The notes below the pieces were generated by a model. The model was not told the DNA's origin. It searched no databases and saw only the letters and a list, made by a program, of their open reading frames with translations. From IMG/VR virus record IMGVR_UViG_3300009158_000031, positions 1-64,000 of that record: a stretch of DNA of 64,000 nucleotides; one strand, given 5' to 3'. The number at the start of each line of letters is the position of its first letter. The first letter of the stretch is position 1. Made by a program: the position numbers and the translations under genes. Positions 37,292 to 47,820 of this stretch are shown here, piece after piece.

Positions 37292-40200
37292 TGTTCAAAT
37301 ATCTTAATTTTTTTAGTAAAGATGGTGAATATCTTTCATTTGATTACGACGAGACTACTGATTTTTGGTCTGGTCGAATTGACATGAATACGGTTTCTCA
37401 AGGACTAATAGAAGACTACCAAATTTATATAATGGAAGAGGTTTGGAATCCAAACCCTGGCCAAATCGAATATAGCTGGCCAAGATTGTCTACGATCGAT
37501 GGTGTTCGAGCTTACTTCAATGCCGATGGTATAGCAAAACCTCTATCGGATTATTCACCAGAATCATATGATGTTACTCAGATATTTATGTATGATCCAA
37601 TATCATCTACTCCGGCAGATGGTTTGAATCAAGTTCCAGAACCTTATGTAAAATCTGATTATGAATTAGGTGGTACTCCAGGAGCAACAGGAACTTATAT
37701 AATTAATCAAATATATGGTAATCCTTATTCATCTGGATCTACTGCAGTCGGTCAACAACCAATAACTATAGGTGCAACTATTGGATATGGATATAGCAAT
37801 ATAGGAGATTATCAACATGGATCTACCGGAGATTATCCATACATATCATATACAAATAATCCTTATAATAGAGCAATGCAAATCAATCTGGCTTTTAGAC
37901 CAGATGATGAAGATGCCTATAAAACATACTTATTTCTTGAAACTTTAGGAGGAACCGCTTTCGCTAAAATTGAAATATATGGTGAAGGTCTAAATGAAGA
38001 TGAACGTCTTCGTGCATTATTAGAAACTTTAGGTTATGATATTCTACCGAGTGATTCTATAATATTTGATTCATCAGATGTTAATGAACCAAACCCGGAT
38101 TGGAATTTGATTAACCGAAAGAGAAAAGAACTCATAAATGAACATTCGAATATCTTTCCTTTCTTAGGTTCCTATAAAGCCCTGATTAATATTATTAAGT
38201 TTTATGGATATCAAAATGTAAGAGTTAAAGAATATTGGAAGAATGTAGATTTACAATCTAAGAATTATGGAAAGGTTCGCCAAACAAATATTATTGATAT
38301 ATTTTCACCAGCTGCTAATTTCAATGATGCTAGAACTTTACCTAGTAAAATATACAAGAAGACTAATCAATTCGGTTTATTCTATGACATAACTGAGGCA
38401 ACTAATGAATTTGATGATGATGGATTGCCTATCGTAAAGGAATCCTTTACTTTTACTATTCAAGAAGTTTTAATTAAGCTATTTGCTTTAAAGAAAAAGC
38501 TAGAACAATTCTTTCTTCCACTCAATACCAGAATTATTGATATTGTTGGCGAAGCTATTTACTTTGCTAAATATGATATTAATGTTTGGAATGACCAATC
38601 AAGAATTGAAGCTGTTAGTTTAGGAATCAATCCAACAATAAGTATTATTCCTGGAATAACTGGTCAAATAGAAGATCTTCGTCCTCTATATTTCTATGGA
38701 GCGGCAGTTGGTCCAGATCTTACTGTAGGCGGAACTTCTAATTATTACTCATGGAATATTCAAGTAGGAAATACGGCTAGTACTGTAGGTCCTTTGAGTT
38801 CTATACAAACCTATTATTTGGATCTAGTTCCTGCCGGATCTACAACATATTATCGAGTTGCTACTACTGTTAAGACTGATGATGATAATGGAAAACAAAT
38901 TTATCCGGCAAATGTTATTGTTGATAAAATGATAACCGATTGGAAAGGTGCTACTGAATCAGTATTCCGTAATTATAACATTTTTCAAGAAGGAGGAACT
39001 AGTGGAGTAATGCGAATCGTATCTACAATCGAAGGTGCTAGTGGAACAGTATTTGCTGGATGGTATTCTAATACAACTACCGCAATTCCTTCAGGAACTT
39101 ACCTATCACCTGGACTTACTGGTGGTACTGCAACATATATTGATATTTCCCCAAACGGAACATTCGGTCCAACCGGTGCATCTATTGGATATTATGGAAG
39201 TGCATTCATTGGATATTTCGATGGATTAAACCGAACAGTATACGAACTTAATGATGAACCTGATATTCCGGTTGGATATTCAATAGTTCTTCAAAATGAT
39301 ACATTTGATTTAACATGGGATGAAGCTGAAGTATCATATAATCAATTAGATATCGTTGGATCAACCGGTCCAAGTGCTGGATCTGGATATACTTTATTCT
39401 CATCATTTGATAATAGCTATGAAGTTACTGGATGGACATCGGTGAGTGGTGGACCTACTGGAGCTTATCCTATAGGTGCAACCTACATTAGTATACCGGT
39501 AGTTCAAGGTGCCACAGATTTTCCAACATCCCTTTATCCATACACAAATCAATATTCTTGGTATAATGTCGGTGATAGAGGATTCGTTGAATTAGAATGG
39601 AAAATTGAAATGGTTCCTGGAGCCGGTGCTACATTTACTCATACGTCACCAAGATTATCTGCAAGAGATGGATATCAATATCCTATAATCCTACCTTATG
39701 TTGGTAAATATCGAGTTACCCTTAAGATGTGGGATCTTTGGAATAATATGTCAATTAGAGTGAATGATGATTTCATTACGGTTAACGAAAGTGGAGCATC
39801 TGACTTTATTGGATGGTATCAGCAATTACAGAAATCCTACAATTGGAATGATGCTGATAGAAGATATCCAGTACAAAGTGATTATTCAATATTATCAGAA
39901 GAATGGAAAGATTCACATAAACCAGTTTTACGATGGAAAGATTATAATTCTACATGGGCATTACCTTTCCATCCTAATGAAGAGATTGGTATGTGTGACC
40001 TTACATATGACACATTAGACACAATCGAATTTTATCAATCTAAAACTAATACTAATTACGTCGATAATTACATTGACAAATTTCCTTACACATGGGATCT
40101 AGTAGGTGATTGGATGTCATGGTTCGATGGTTATCATTTATGGTGGGATGGAACTGGACCCAAGTTCAGTCAAGCTATTGTAAATTCTTTAGGTTATCAA

Positions 40201-41376
40201 ACTGGATCTACTGGATCTACTGCATATATGTATGTGTCTAGAGGAAACAGTACATTAAATATAAATGAAGGAACTCAAATACTTTGGACTGATGGTCCAA
40301 CAGGATTTAGTGGTCCAACCGGTGCTAGTGCTGCTCCATCTGGAGGAACTGGATCTATCATTTATTCTGCATCTAATGCTAGGGTTTATGTTTGGAATGG
40401 AACCGAATGGAAATATAGTAATGAGGATCTAGATGGTATTGCGATTCCTAATGTAACTTCCGGTTCAACTTCAGGATATATTGAAGCCATTAAGAAGATA
40501 AATGGTATTGGAGAAACTAATCCACATAACGTATTCCCTGATCTAATTGGATATTACGATGAGGTTTATGATACAAGCTACATACCTCAACCTAGAATTA
40601 CTTTAGTATCGAGAGATTATAGTCATAAAGGTCAATATAAATTCAATTATGGATTTAATTATGCTATACCGGCTGGAGGAACTATGATCGCTGGTACCGG
40701 TACAGTAACTTCATTTGAAACTCCGTTCTTTGGATATGCTGGAGATATGCCCGCCACATTTGAAATTTATGAAATCAACGGATATTCTTCTATTTTAATA
40801 GGACCAACCACTTCAACCGGAATGATAGATCCATTTGTTACTGGAGCAACTAATTTAATAGATCTAGCTAAGTACTTAAATGAGGCATCTGATTTAGGTT
40901 ATCCTGGTTTGATGGAGTATACATATAATACTGTATATTCAGCACCTGGATGGACCGGTGGAGCAGGACCTACTTCGTCAATACCTGTAAAAATACAGGC
41001 AATTGCCAAAGCCTTTACTTCCCCATTTCATGTAGATGTTGAATATACTGGTAACATTGTAGGTACAACTTATGGAAGACCATCAATACAAAATATTGAT
41101 TGGGATGCTATTAGAATACTTAAATATCGTGAAATTCTACCAAGAATGACACTTTTGAGCTTCTGTTATGATAATTCAAAAATGAAAGGAAAGAAAAATC
41201 CTGTATGGATTATCACAAGAGAAGGAAGTAATTCTACTGAGAATATATACTATAATAATCAGTACTTTTCGTACTTATTTAGAGATTCAGGAGATTATAC
41301 AATATCTCTTCAACTTGAAGATACTAACGGAAACATAAGTAAAATAGATAAAAAACAAATAATAAAAATTGTATAA
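37291..41376 (+). CDS. Large baseplate wedge protein (gp7-like) with Ig/PKD-like domains
   Basis: GSYKALINIIKFYGY gp7-like motif and PKD-like GKYRVTL / GDYTISL. Follows the gp6-like gene. Confidence 0.6.
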   Translation: MFKYLNFFSKDGEYLSFDYDETTDFWSGRIDMNTVSQGLIEDYQIYIMEEVWNPNPGQIEYSWPRLSTIDGVRAYFNADGIAKPLSDYSPESYDVTQIFMYDPISSTPADGLNQVPEPYVKSDYELGGTPGATGTYIINQIYGNPYSSGSTAVGQQPITIGATIGYGYSNIGDYQHGSTGDYPYISYTNNPYNRAMQINLAFRPDDEDAYKTYLFLETLGGTAFAKIEIYGEGLNEDERLRALLETLGYDILPSDSIIFDSSDVNEPNPDWNLINRKRKELINEHSNIFPFLGSYKALINIIKFYGYQNVRVKEYWKNVDLQSKNYGKVRQTNIIDIFSPAANFNDARTLPSKIYKKTNQFGLFYDITEATNEFDDDGLPIVKESFTFTIQEVLIKLFALKKKLEQFFLPLNTRIIDIVGEAIYFAKYDINVWNDQSRIEAVSLGINPTISIIPGITGQIEDLRPLYFYGAAVGPDLTVGGTSNYYSWNIQVGNTASTVGPLSSIQTYYLDLVPAGSTTYYRVATTVKTDDDNGKQIYPANVIVDKMITDWKGATESVFRNYNIFQEGGTSGVMRIVSTIEGASGTVFAGWYSNTTTAIPSGTYLSPGLTGGTATYIDISPNGTFGPTGASIGYYGSAFIGYFDGLNRTVYELNDEPDIPVGYSIVLQNDTFDLTWDEAEVSYNQLDIVGSTGPSAGSGYTLFSSFDNSYEVTGWTSVSGGPTGAYPIGATYISIPVVQGATDFPTSLYPYTNQYSWYNVGDRGFVELEWKIEMVPGAGATFTHTSPRLSARDGYQYPIILPYVGKYRVTLKMWDLWNNMSIRVNDDFITVNESGASDFIGWYQQLQKSYNWNDADRRYPVQSDYSILSEEWKDSHKPVLRWKDYNSTWALPFHPNEEIGMCDLTYDTLDTIEFYQSKTNTNYVDNYIDKFPYTWDLVGDWMSWFDGYHLWWDGTGPKFSQAIVNSLGYQTGSTGSTAYMYVSRGNSTLNINEGTQILWTDGPTGFSGPTGASAAPSGGTGSIIYSASNARVYVWNGTEWKYSNEDLDGIAIPNVTSGSTSGYIEAIKKINGIGETNPHNVFPDLIGYYDEVYDTSYIPQPRITLVSRDYSHKGQYKFNYGFNYAIPAGGTMIAGTGTVTSFETPFFGYAGDMPATFEIYEINGYSSILIGPTTSTGMIDPFVTGATNLIDLAKYLNEASDLGYPGLMEYTYNTVYSAPGWTGGAGPTSSIPVKIQAIAKAFTSPFHVDVEYTGNIVGTTYGRPSIQNIDWDAIRILKYREILPRMTLLSFCYDNSKMKGKKNPVWIITREGSNSTENIYYNNQYFSYLFRDSGDYTISLQLEDTNGNISKIDKKQIIKIV

Positions 41377-41379
41377 AAA

Positions 41380-41952
41380 ATGAGTATTTCAATAACCTCG
41401 CTTAACGGAACTGATGCACTATCATCATCTAGAATAACCATTAACGACAACTTTGCAACAATTAGTGATGCATTAAATTCAGTACTCGCTATCATTGATA
41501 TTTCAACCGGTAAGATTAATAATTCTGCCTATGGAAGTGATAACGATATTGAAACCGAAGATCTAATTGTTAGAGGATCAACTGGTGGTGGTATTACAGT
41601 TATTACCGGAAGTGTTACAGTCAATAATGGAAATGTAATTTCTGGTGGATATGTTGAATTAGGTTCTGGATCAAATGTTAGATTTGAAAAAATTAACAGA
41701 GTATTTAACAGTTCTCCATCATCTACTATTCCGATAATTAATTTCTCGGGAACTGCTGGAACTGGTGGTGTTGGACCTGTTGGTGCAATGATTCTTCCTC
41801 GTTTAGCACTTGCTGATATTATAGACATTCGTTACCCACAAATTGGTGCGGTTGTTAATGTTGTTACTGGTGCTAGTTGCTATCCAGTAATATGTACACA
41901 ATCTGGAACTACTGGAACTTGGAAACCGCTTACCTTAGGTACAGCAATATAA
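41380..41952 (+). CDS. Short fibre/baseplate attachment protein
   Basis: N-terminal D-x-L-x5-INDNF motif (T4 gp9/gp10-like). Confidence 0.55.
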   Translation: MSISITSLNGTDALSSSRITINDNFATISDALNSVLAIIDISTGKINNSAYGSDNDIETEDLIVRGSTGGGITVITGSVTVNNGNVISGGYVELGSGSNVRFEKINRVFNSSPSSTIPIINFSGTAGTGGVGPVGAMILPRLALADIIDIRYPQIGAVVNVVTGASCYPVICTQSGTTGTWKPLTLGTAI

Positions 41953-41967
41953 TAAAATTAATAATTA

Positions 41968-44013
41968 ATGGCTACACCTTTATTAAGTCCACTAAGGGTA
42001 CAAGGAGGAACATTTTATACTTTCACGTCTTCAGCTGAAGACATTTCGAAAACGTTTACTGACGATGATACTCGATTCGTCTTTTCGAAGTATGCTCTCC
42101 TTGATATCCCAGATGTAAGAACTCCATCTAATAATCGAGAAAATTATCTTGTATGGGAAGGGATTGGATCCGTTGCAGCTGGTGGAACTTCATCCGTAGC
42201 CACTTTATCAATAGATGATAATATTAATGCGGCAGAATCTCTTCAAAATTATTTACTTAATTTTGAACAATTAATCCTAGAAGGAAGTAATACTTTAGCT
42301 AGAGGATATAATCAATCTGAACTATACACAGTTTCTGAACGTTTGTTTTGGCGATGGTTAGCTCAAGTAAATGCCATTCGTTTTAAAAATGCCACTGCAT
42401 CTGAAAGTGCAGCCGGTACAAGATATACTGAAGAAGATTCTTCATCAGTTTATAATAAAGTTGTTAAATATCTAGGCGATATTGACATTATCAATAATGT
42501 ATCTAGAGACGGTCATTCATATTCAGAAATTTATTTGAATGTGCCTACTCAACATGGAAATACTCCATTTGCTCTATTCAAAACTTACCAAGATTATAAT
42601 TACTTCCCTGGAGGAATTTGGTCTAATGGAAACACTTATATTGATGGTCGTGATTCTGGATCTACTTCACCAAGTGGTTTAGATTTAAGAGCTTATTATG
42701 ATAGTGATTTAACTGATTATTACTCTACCGGTGCCACATTTGGTATGGTAACTAACAATTCAGGTTTTGCTAAAATTTCAGGAGGTAGTGCTAAACCAGT
42801 ACTCATATCTAATATGGATGGTGCTATCCTGGATTTTGAAGCCGCTTCATATCGTCCTATCGTTGATGATCCAGGTATTAATATCATTCCTGAATGGAAT
42901 GCCAGTGGTGCTGCTGGAGACTTCTCATTTAATGCAGTTCTAGTTTATTATGATGTTTATCAATCATCCAATCCTACAGTAAGAGCAAGAAACCTTTATG
43001 GTATTCTATTCCTAGATGATTATACTAACGCTTCATCTAGTTTCTCATATCTAAAAAGATTCGATAAATACAAACCAAATGCCATTACCAAACTAAATGG
43101 TAATTCATATGGATTGAAGCTAAATCTAAAATTTGATACATCTGCTGATAATGTTGGAGTTGAAACTGTAATCAATGATTACAATACATTTTCTATGGAT
43201 TTATTCATTGATGCTTCTGTTAGATTACAAGAAGCCGGTGAAATGTTTTTGCGACAAAGAAATGACGTTTCAGAAATCCGTCAAGAAATTTTAAATTTAA
43301 AAAATGTTGCATATTCTCAAGGCGGTTTAGATCTTTTAGCTCAAAGACTTTCTCTTCTGGAAAAACAATTAAATAATGCTAGATTAGCATTCTCTAGTGA
43401 AACTTCGTTATTAGATCTAATTGATAAAAATTCAGAGGATATTAGTAATATTCTTTCTGGAAGAACTAGTATTAGTTTAACCTATGATCTTGGTACTTTT
43501 ATGCCAGGTCCTGGAATTCTAATAGACAAATCAATACCTAATCAAATAAAGATTATCAATCGTAAACAAAATTACGATAATTTCGTTATTTGTAAGAATA
43601 CATCCGGACAATTGCTTACCGATGTAAATAATGGTCGAGTGGTTACTTCAACTACAAACGGAAACGTTTTAACTTTAGGTACATTTACCAATTACTTTAA
43701 ACAAAAAAATACAAATGCTGATCCTGATACTGGTATTGAAACTTTACAAGATTCTTTGTATATAAATATAGACGATACAAACGTTAAGTGGAAAAAAGGT
43801 CAAACTTTTAGATTAGTATTTAATGACCCTATAGCAACCGATGGCTACAACATGGTTTTCCGAACAGACGCTGCTAATACTTTAGGCGGTGGTGCCTATG
43901 GAAAAATAATTTATACCGTACTTACATCAGAATTATTATCATCAAAACCTATAATTGAAATTACTTGTACTGATGATAGTGGTTTCAATTTCGAATTAGA
44001 CATATTAAGATAA
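41968..44013 (+). CDS. Virion structural protein
   Basis: 681 aa in the structural module, with a central coiled coil. Confidence 0.6.
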   Translation: MATPLLSPLRVQGGTFYTFTSSAEDISKTFTDDDTRFVFSKYALLDIPDVRTPSNNRENYLVWEGIGSVAAGGTSSVATLSIDDNINAAESLQNYLLNFEQLILEGSNTLARGYNQSELYTVSERLFWRWLAQVNAIRFKNATASESAAGTRYTEEDSSSVYNKVVKYLGDIDIINNVSRDGHSYSEIYLNVPTQHGNTPFALFKTYQDYNYFPGGIWSNGNTYIDGRDSGSTSPSGLDLRAYYDSDLTDYYSTGATFGMVTNNSGFAKISGGSAKPVLISNMDGAILDFEAASYRPIVDDPGINIIPEWNASGAAGDFSFNAVLVYYDVYQSSNPTVRARNLYGILFLDDYTNASSSFSYLKRFDKYKPNAITKLNGNSYGLKLNLKFDTSADNVGVETVINDYNTFSMDLFIDASVRLQEAGEMFLRQRNDVSEIRQEILNLKNVAYSQGGLDLLAQRLSLLEKQLNNARLAFSSETSLLDLIDKNSEDISNILSGRTSISLTYDLGTFMPGPGILIDKSIPNQIKIINRKQNYDNFVICKNTSGQLLTDVNNGRVVTSTTNGNVLTLGTFTNYFKQKNTNADPDTGIETLQDSLYINIDDTNVKWKKGQTFRLVFNDPIATDGYNMVFRTDAANTLGGGAYGKIIYTVLTSELLSSKPIIEITCTDDSGFNFELDILR

Positions 44014-44014
44014 A

Positions 44015-47000
44015 ATGAGCGAAACTAAATATACATTAACTACCCTTCTTAGTGACCTACTGGCATTACAGAATAATGGTTACGAGATTATGAGTAAACT
44101 ATCTGAGGTAGTTTCTTCTAAATCAGATACCGTTGAAATACTTGTACTAGATCCTAGTGATCGTAGTAAAATGATGACTGTTAAAGTTCCATCATTCGGT
44201 GCAATGAAAGAGCAAATCTCTGCATTATCGAAAAATGTAGAAGCCCTTTCAGGTGTAGGAGAATCCGCATCTAATGTTCAATTATCTGATGGTTCATTTA
44301 GAAAAATTTTAGTTAGCGAACTTAAAAAAGAGGCTGCTAATATTCAAAAAGTTGCAAATCCAACTACTTTTAATACACGAGAAAATTGGTTCTTTGAATC
44401 TTTTCTTAATCCTTTAATGTATGTTTCATACGATCTAACTGATCAAGTTAAATTCAATACTGAAAATGTAGATGTTGCTCGTTACATCCTTAGTTTAGAT
44501 ACTTTTGAAAAAACTCAAGTATTCGAGCAAAGACTTAAAGGTAGATCAGATATTAGTTATGATGATTTTGTAAAGATTTTAATTGATTATAATATTGCCT
44601 ATTTCCTAGATAAAGACGTTATCACTGTTCCTCCTAGAGCAGTTAGATTCTATGGAGATTTTTCAGTTCTTAATGTTGAAGATTCTACAATATCTAATGT
44701 TGTAGATGGAGTAACTATACAAAACCGTCAAATCATTGTTCAACTAGATAATCTTTTCTATAATGATTCTAATTCTCCTTATTTAGCTACTCAATCTCTT
44801 AAATTAGGAGATTATCTAATAATCAAAGGTGGAAGAGGAAATACTCGATATGAAATTACATCAATCGATGGAGGTCAACGTAAAGTTGCTCTTAAATTAA
44901 TTGAAGGATTCGATCCAGTTTCAATTGGAGCTGGAGTTTTATCTTTTTATACAGAAGATGTTTCGACGATCAGCATTAATATTAATGTAGGATTCAATGA
45001 AAACTGTGTGGTATTCATTAAACCAATTGATCCAGAATCTAAATTAGAAGCTATCAAATGGTCTCCAGGATCTTCTTTCTATACAAATGAATTAACTATC
45101 GTAGATCAAGCTACAGGAAACTTAATATTCTTATCGGATTATTATAAGAATTCCGTAATTGACTTTGGTGCTTTTCTTTATTCAATGTCTAAAGAGAAAG
45201 TTCCACCTGCTATTTTCGGATTAGTTCCTGATGCTCCAAAACTTAATGCCGGAGATTTTAAAGTGGTACAAATCAATAATCATTTAACAGATACTTCACC
45301 GGCTGCTAAATTGAAAGGTCTTCAAGCAGATAAAATTCGTATTTCCGCTGATATATCTTCATTGGATGCATCTATTAATCAATTGAGATCCAAGATACAA
45401 ACCGTTAAATATACAACTACTCGTTTAAGAGATGTAGATGAGAATAAACTTAATGCGCTAATAACACAAAAAGATGCAGCAACTCAGCTATATGGTACTA
45501 CGGTTAATGAGATCGTTAAAATTGGAACAGATCCAAACTCTGATATTGTTCCTAAATACCGACTTAGAGGTTTCTTTCCAATACCACAACCTAAATTATC
45601 AGATAGAACAAACCCTCAACAAGTTGTTCAATTCAATATTCAATACCGATACTTACAGAAAAATGGAAGTGCTAATTCACCGCAACAAATTCCTTTTACT
45701 GATAACAACGGTCAACCTAGAACAGGAACTTTTTCTACATGGACAGAATACAAATCCGAAGTAAGAAAGAGAGCAGTGGATCCTACAAGCGGTTCTCAGA
45801 AATGGGTGGTTGAAGATGTTGAAAATCCTGATTATGTAAATATCAATCAAATAGATATTGCTATTCAAGCCGGAGAAGCCGTTGAATTTAAAGTTCAATC
45901 TTTATCTGAAGCTGGATGGCCAATATCGCCTTCAACTTCCGTTTATAGCGAAACTATTAAAGTTGATTTTCCTTCAGATTTAGAAGTAGATCAAGGATTA
46001 ACGAAGATAATCGAACAAGCAAAACAAGATAAAGTTAGAGTAGATCTAGAACTTGCTCTTATTCAAGATGGAGTTCCTCAACATATATCTACATCATTTA
46101 CTCAAGGAGAAAATTATTGGGCACATAACGCATTCGATATTGCTTCCGGATTCTTAACACCTGAAAATAATATTCTCTCATTATTTGATAAAATAAATGA
46201 TTTACAAACGCAAATACAAAATCTTGCTGCACTTATTACGGTTGCAAAAGGTGTATTAGTAGTTAAAGTTATTGAGGATGGTGGTACTGAATATAGTGTT
46301 GAAGCTAATAAAACGCTTAAGATTTTTGCTGGAAACTATAAAGATGAAGTTGCCGGATTAAACGTTAAGAAAGGCGTTATTATGACTAAGAATTATTATG
46401 TTCAAATTCAAAATGCCGATACATCTCCATTAGAAATGTATGCAAGAATTTGGGGTTCTAAATATCAAATTGCAAATGCATCTTATTCAGAAGGTTTTGG
46501 ATATTCTACAACGGATTCAGATTATAATACCGTTAGACGCTATGATTATGTTCCTTTAGGACTTTCAAATCCTGCAACCCTAGATGTTAATAGATATGGA
46601 ATTATCAATCGTCAACCAGAACAAAGTGCTCAAGTTAGAGGTCAATTTATTAATTCTCGTTTCCTAGCAATCGATGGAATTTCTAAATTATTTTCTAATG
46701 TTGGTGGTGCTACTTATGGAGTTGAACGTACTGACTTATTCTTACAATATGGAACTGGTGGTCTTCCATCAGCTACTACACAAGCAAATGCTCAATATGC
46801 CACTTCGTTAGATCAAATGGAATATTTTGCTGGAACTACCGCATTAAGTGCAATAACATCTTTAGCAAATGGACAGGCTGCCTCAGATTTTATTTGGAAA
46901 CCTACACCTACGGTAAATTCTAAATTTGTGGTTGGATCTACTTCATCTATTATTAATACATTCTATGATAGTGATATTCTAATTCACATTGACCATCCAT

Positions 47001-47743
47001 CAATTATTGATTGGCAAACTGCATGTGCTGGATCTACTGCAAATCTACTTAATATAACTAAAGGTACAATAAGAAATTCTCGTTTTGCTCCTGTTCAAGT
47101 TCCTAATTATGGATATGGAAGACAAAGTGCTCTTTATTTTAATGGTGCTTCTGCCGGTGCAATTGGTGCAACATATTCTAAGGTTGCCTTTGTTGAATAC
47201 GATCAATATTTATTAGGTCCTAAATCATGTGGATCTTATCTATTCCTTAATCCAAATACTCATGGAGATGTAGTGGTTGATGGTAGCGGATTCGATGCAG
47301 TTAAGACTGTGCAATTTGGTGGAGCTAATGCTATTAATATTCCCATCACTTTTCAATATCGAATGACTGATTATTTTGGATTTGGAACTTCCGGATTAGG
47401 AAAAATTGGAGGAAATCTAAATGCATCTCCGAATGCAAATGTTGAATATTCAAAAACGATTGGTATAGACATTTACACAAATCCCAAGGAAACTCAAAGG
47501 TTCTCATTTGATATTGAAATTACCGCTAGATATCGTTCTAATTCTATCGTAGGTTCTCTTTTACCAGTAACTACATTCGAATCCCAAATTAATACATTAA
47601 CTAATGTGGTTAAGAACATTAATCCTACAGTTACTCAAATTAAAGGAACTGGTATTAGTCAAGTATCGTCGGCTCCAGCTCCAAAGACTAAAGCTGGAAT
47701 TTCGTCTCTTAAGAATCTGATCAAATCTGCTAAAGGTGGTTAA
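44015..47743 (+). CDS. Large virion structural protein
   Basis: 1242 aa with coiled coils, in structural context. Confidence 0.6.
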   Translation: MSETKYTLTTLLSDLLALQNNGYEIMSKLSEVVSSKSDTVEILVLDPSDRSKMMTVKVPSFGAMKEQISALSKNVEALSGVGESASNVQLSDGSFRKILVSELKKEAANIQKVANPTTFNTRENWFFESFLNPLMYVSYDLTDQVKFNTENVDVARYILSLDTFEKTQVFEQRLKGRSDISYDDFVKILIDYNIAYFLDKDVITVPPRAVRFYGDFSVLNVEDSTISNVVDGVTIQNRQIIVQLDNLFYNDSNSPYLATQSLKLGDYLIIKGGRGNTRYEITSIDGGQRKVALKLIEGFDPVSIGAGVLSFYTEDVSTISININVGFNENCVVFIKPIDPESKLEAIKWSPGSSFYTNELTIVDQATGNLIFLSDYYKNSVIDFGAFLYSMSKEKVPPAIFGLVPDAPKLNAGDFKVVQINNHLTDTSPAAKLKGLQADKIRISADISSLDASINQLRSKIQTVKYTTTRLRDVDENKLNALITQKDAATQLYGTTVNEIVKIGTDPNSDIVPKYRLRGFFPIPQPKLSDRTNPQQVVQFNIQYRYLQKNGSANSPQQIPFTDNNGQPRTGTFSTWTEYKSEVRKRAVDPTSGSQKWVVEDVENPDYVNINQIDIAIQAGEAVEFKVQSLSEAGWPISPSTSVYSETIKVDFPSDLEVDQGLTKIIEQAKQDKVRVDLELALIQDGVPQHISTSFTQGENYWAHNAFDIASGFLTPENNILSLFDKINDLQTQIQNLAALITVAKGVLVVKVIEDGGTEYSVEANKTLKIFAGNYKDEVAGLNVKKGVIMTKNYYVQIQNADTSPLEMYARIWGSKYQIANASYSEGFGYSTTDSDYNTVRRYDYVPLGLSNPATLDVNRYGIINRQPEQSAQVRGQFINSRFLAIDGISKLFSNVGGATYGVERTDLFLQYGTGGLPSATTQANAQYATSLDQMEYFAGTTALSAITSLANGQAASDFIWKPTPTVNSKFVVGSTSSIINTFYDSDILIHIDHPSIIDWQTACAGSTANLLNITKGTIRNSRFAPVQVPNYGYGRQSALYFNGASAGAIGATYSKVAFVEYDQYLLGPKSCGSYLFLNPNTHGDVVVDGSGFDAVKTVQFGGANAINIPITFQYRMTDYFGFGTSGLGKIGGNLNASPNANVEYSKTIGIDIYTNPKETQRFSFDIEITARYRSNSIVGSLLPVTTFESQINTLTNVVKNINPTVTQIKGTGISQVSSAPAPKTKAGISSLKNLIKSAKGG

Positions 47744-47820
47744 TAAGATCTTATAGGTGATATATCATCTAATATCATAGAGTAGATCTATGAACTAAAC
47801 TAATTGGATAAATATATTGT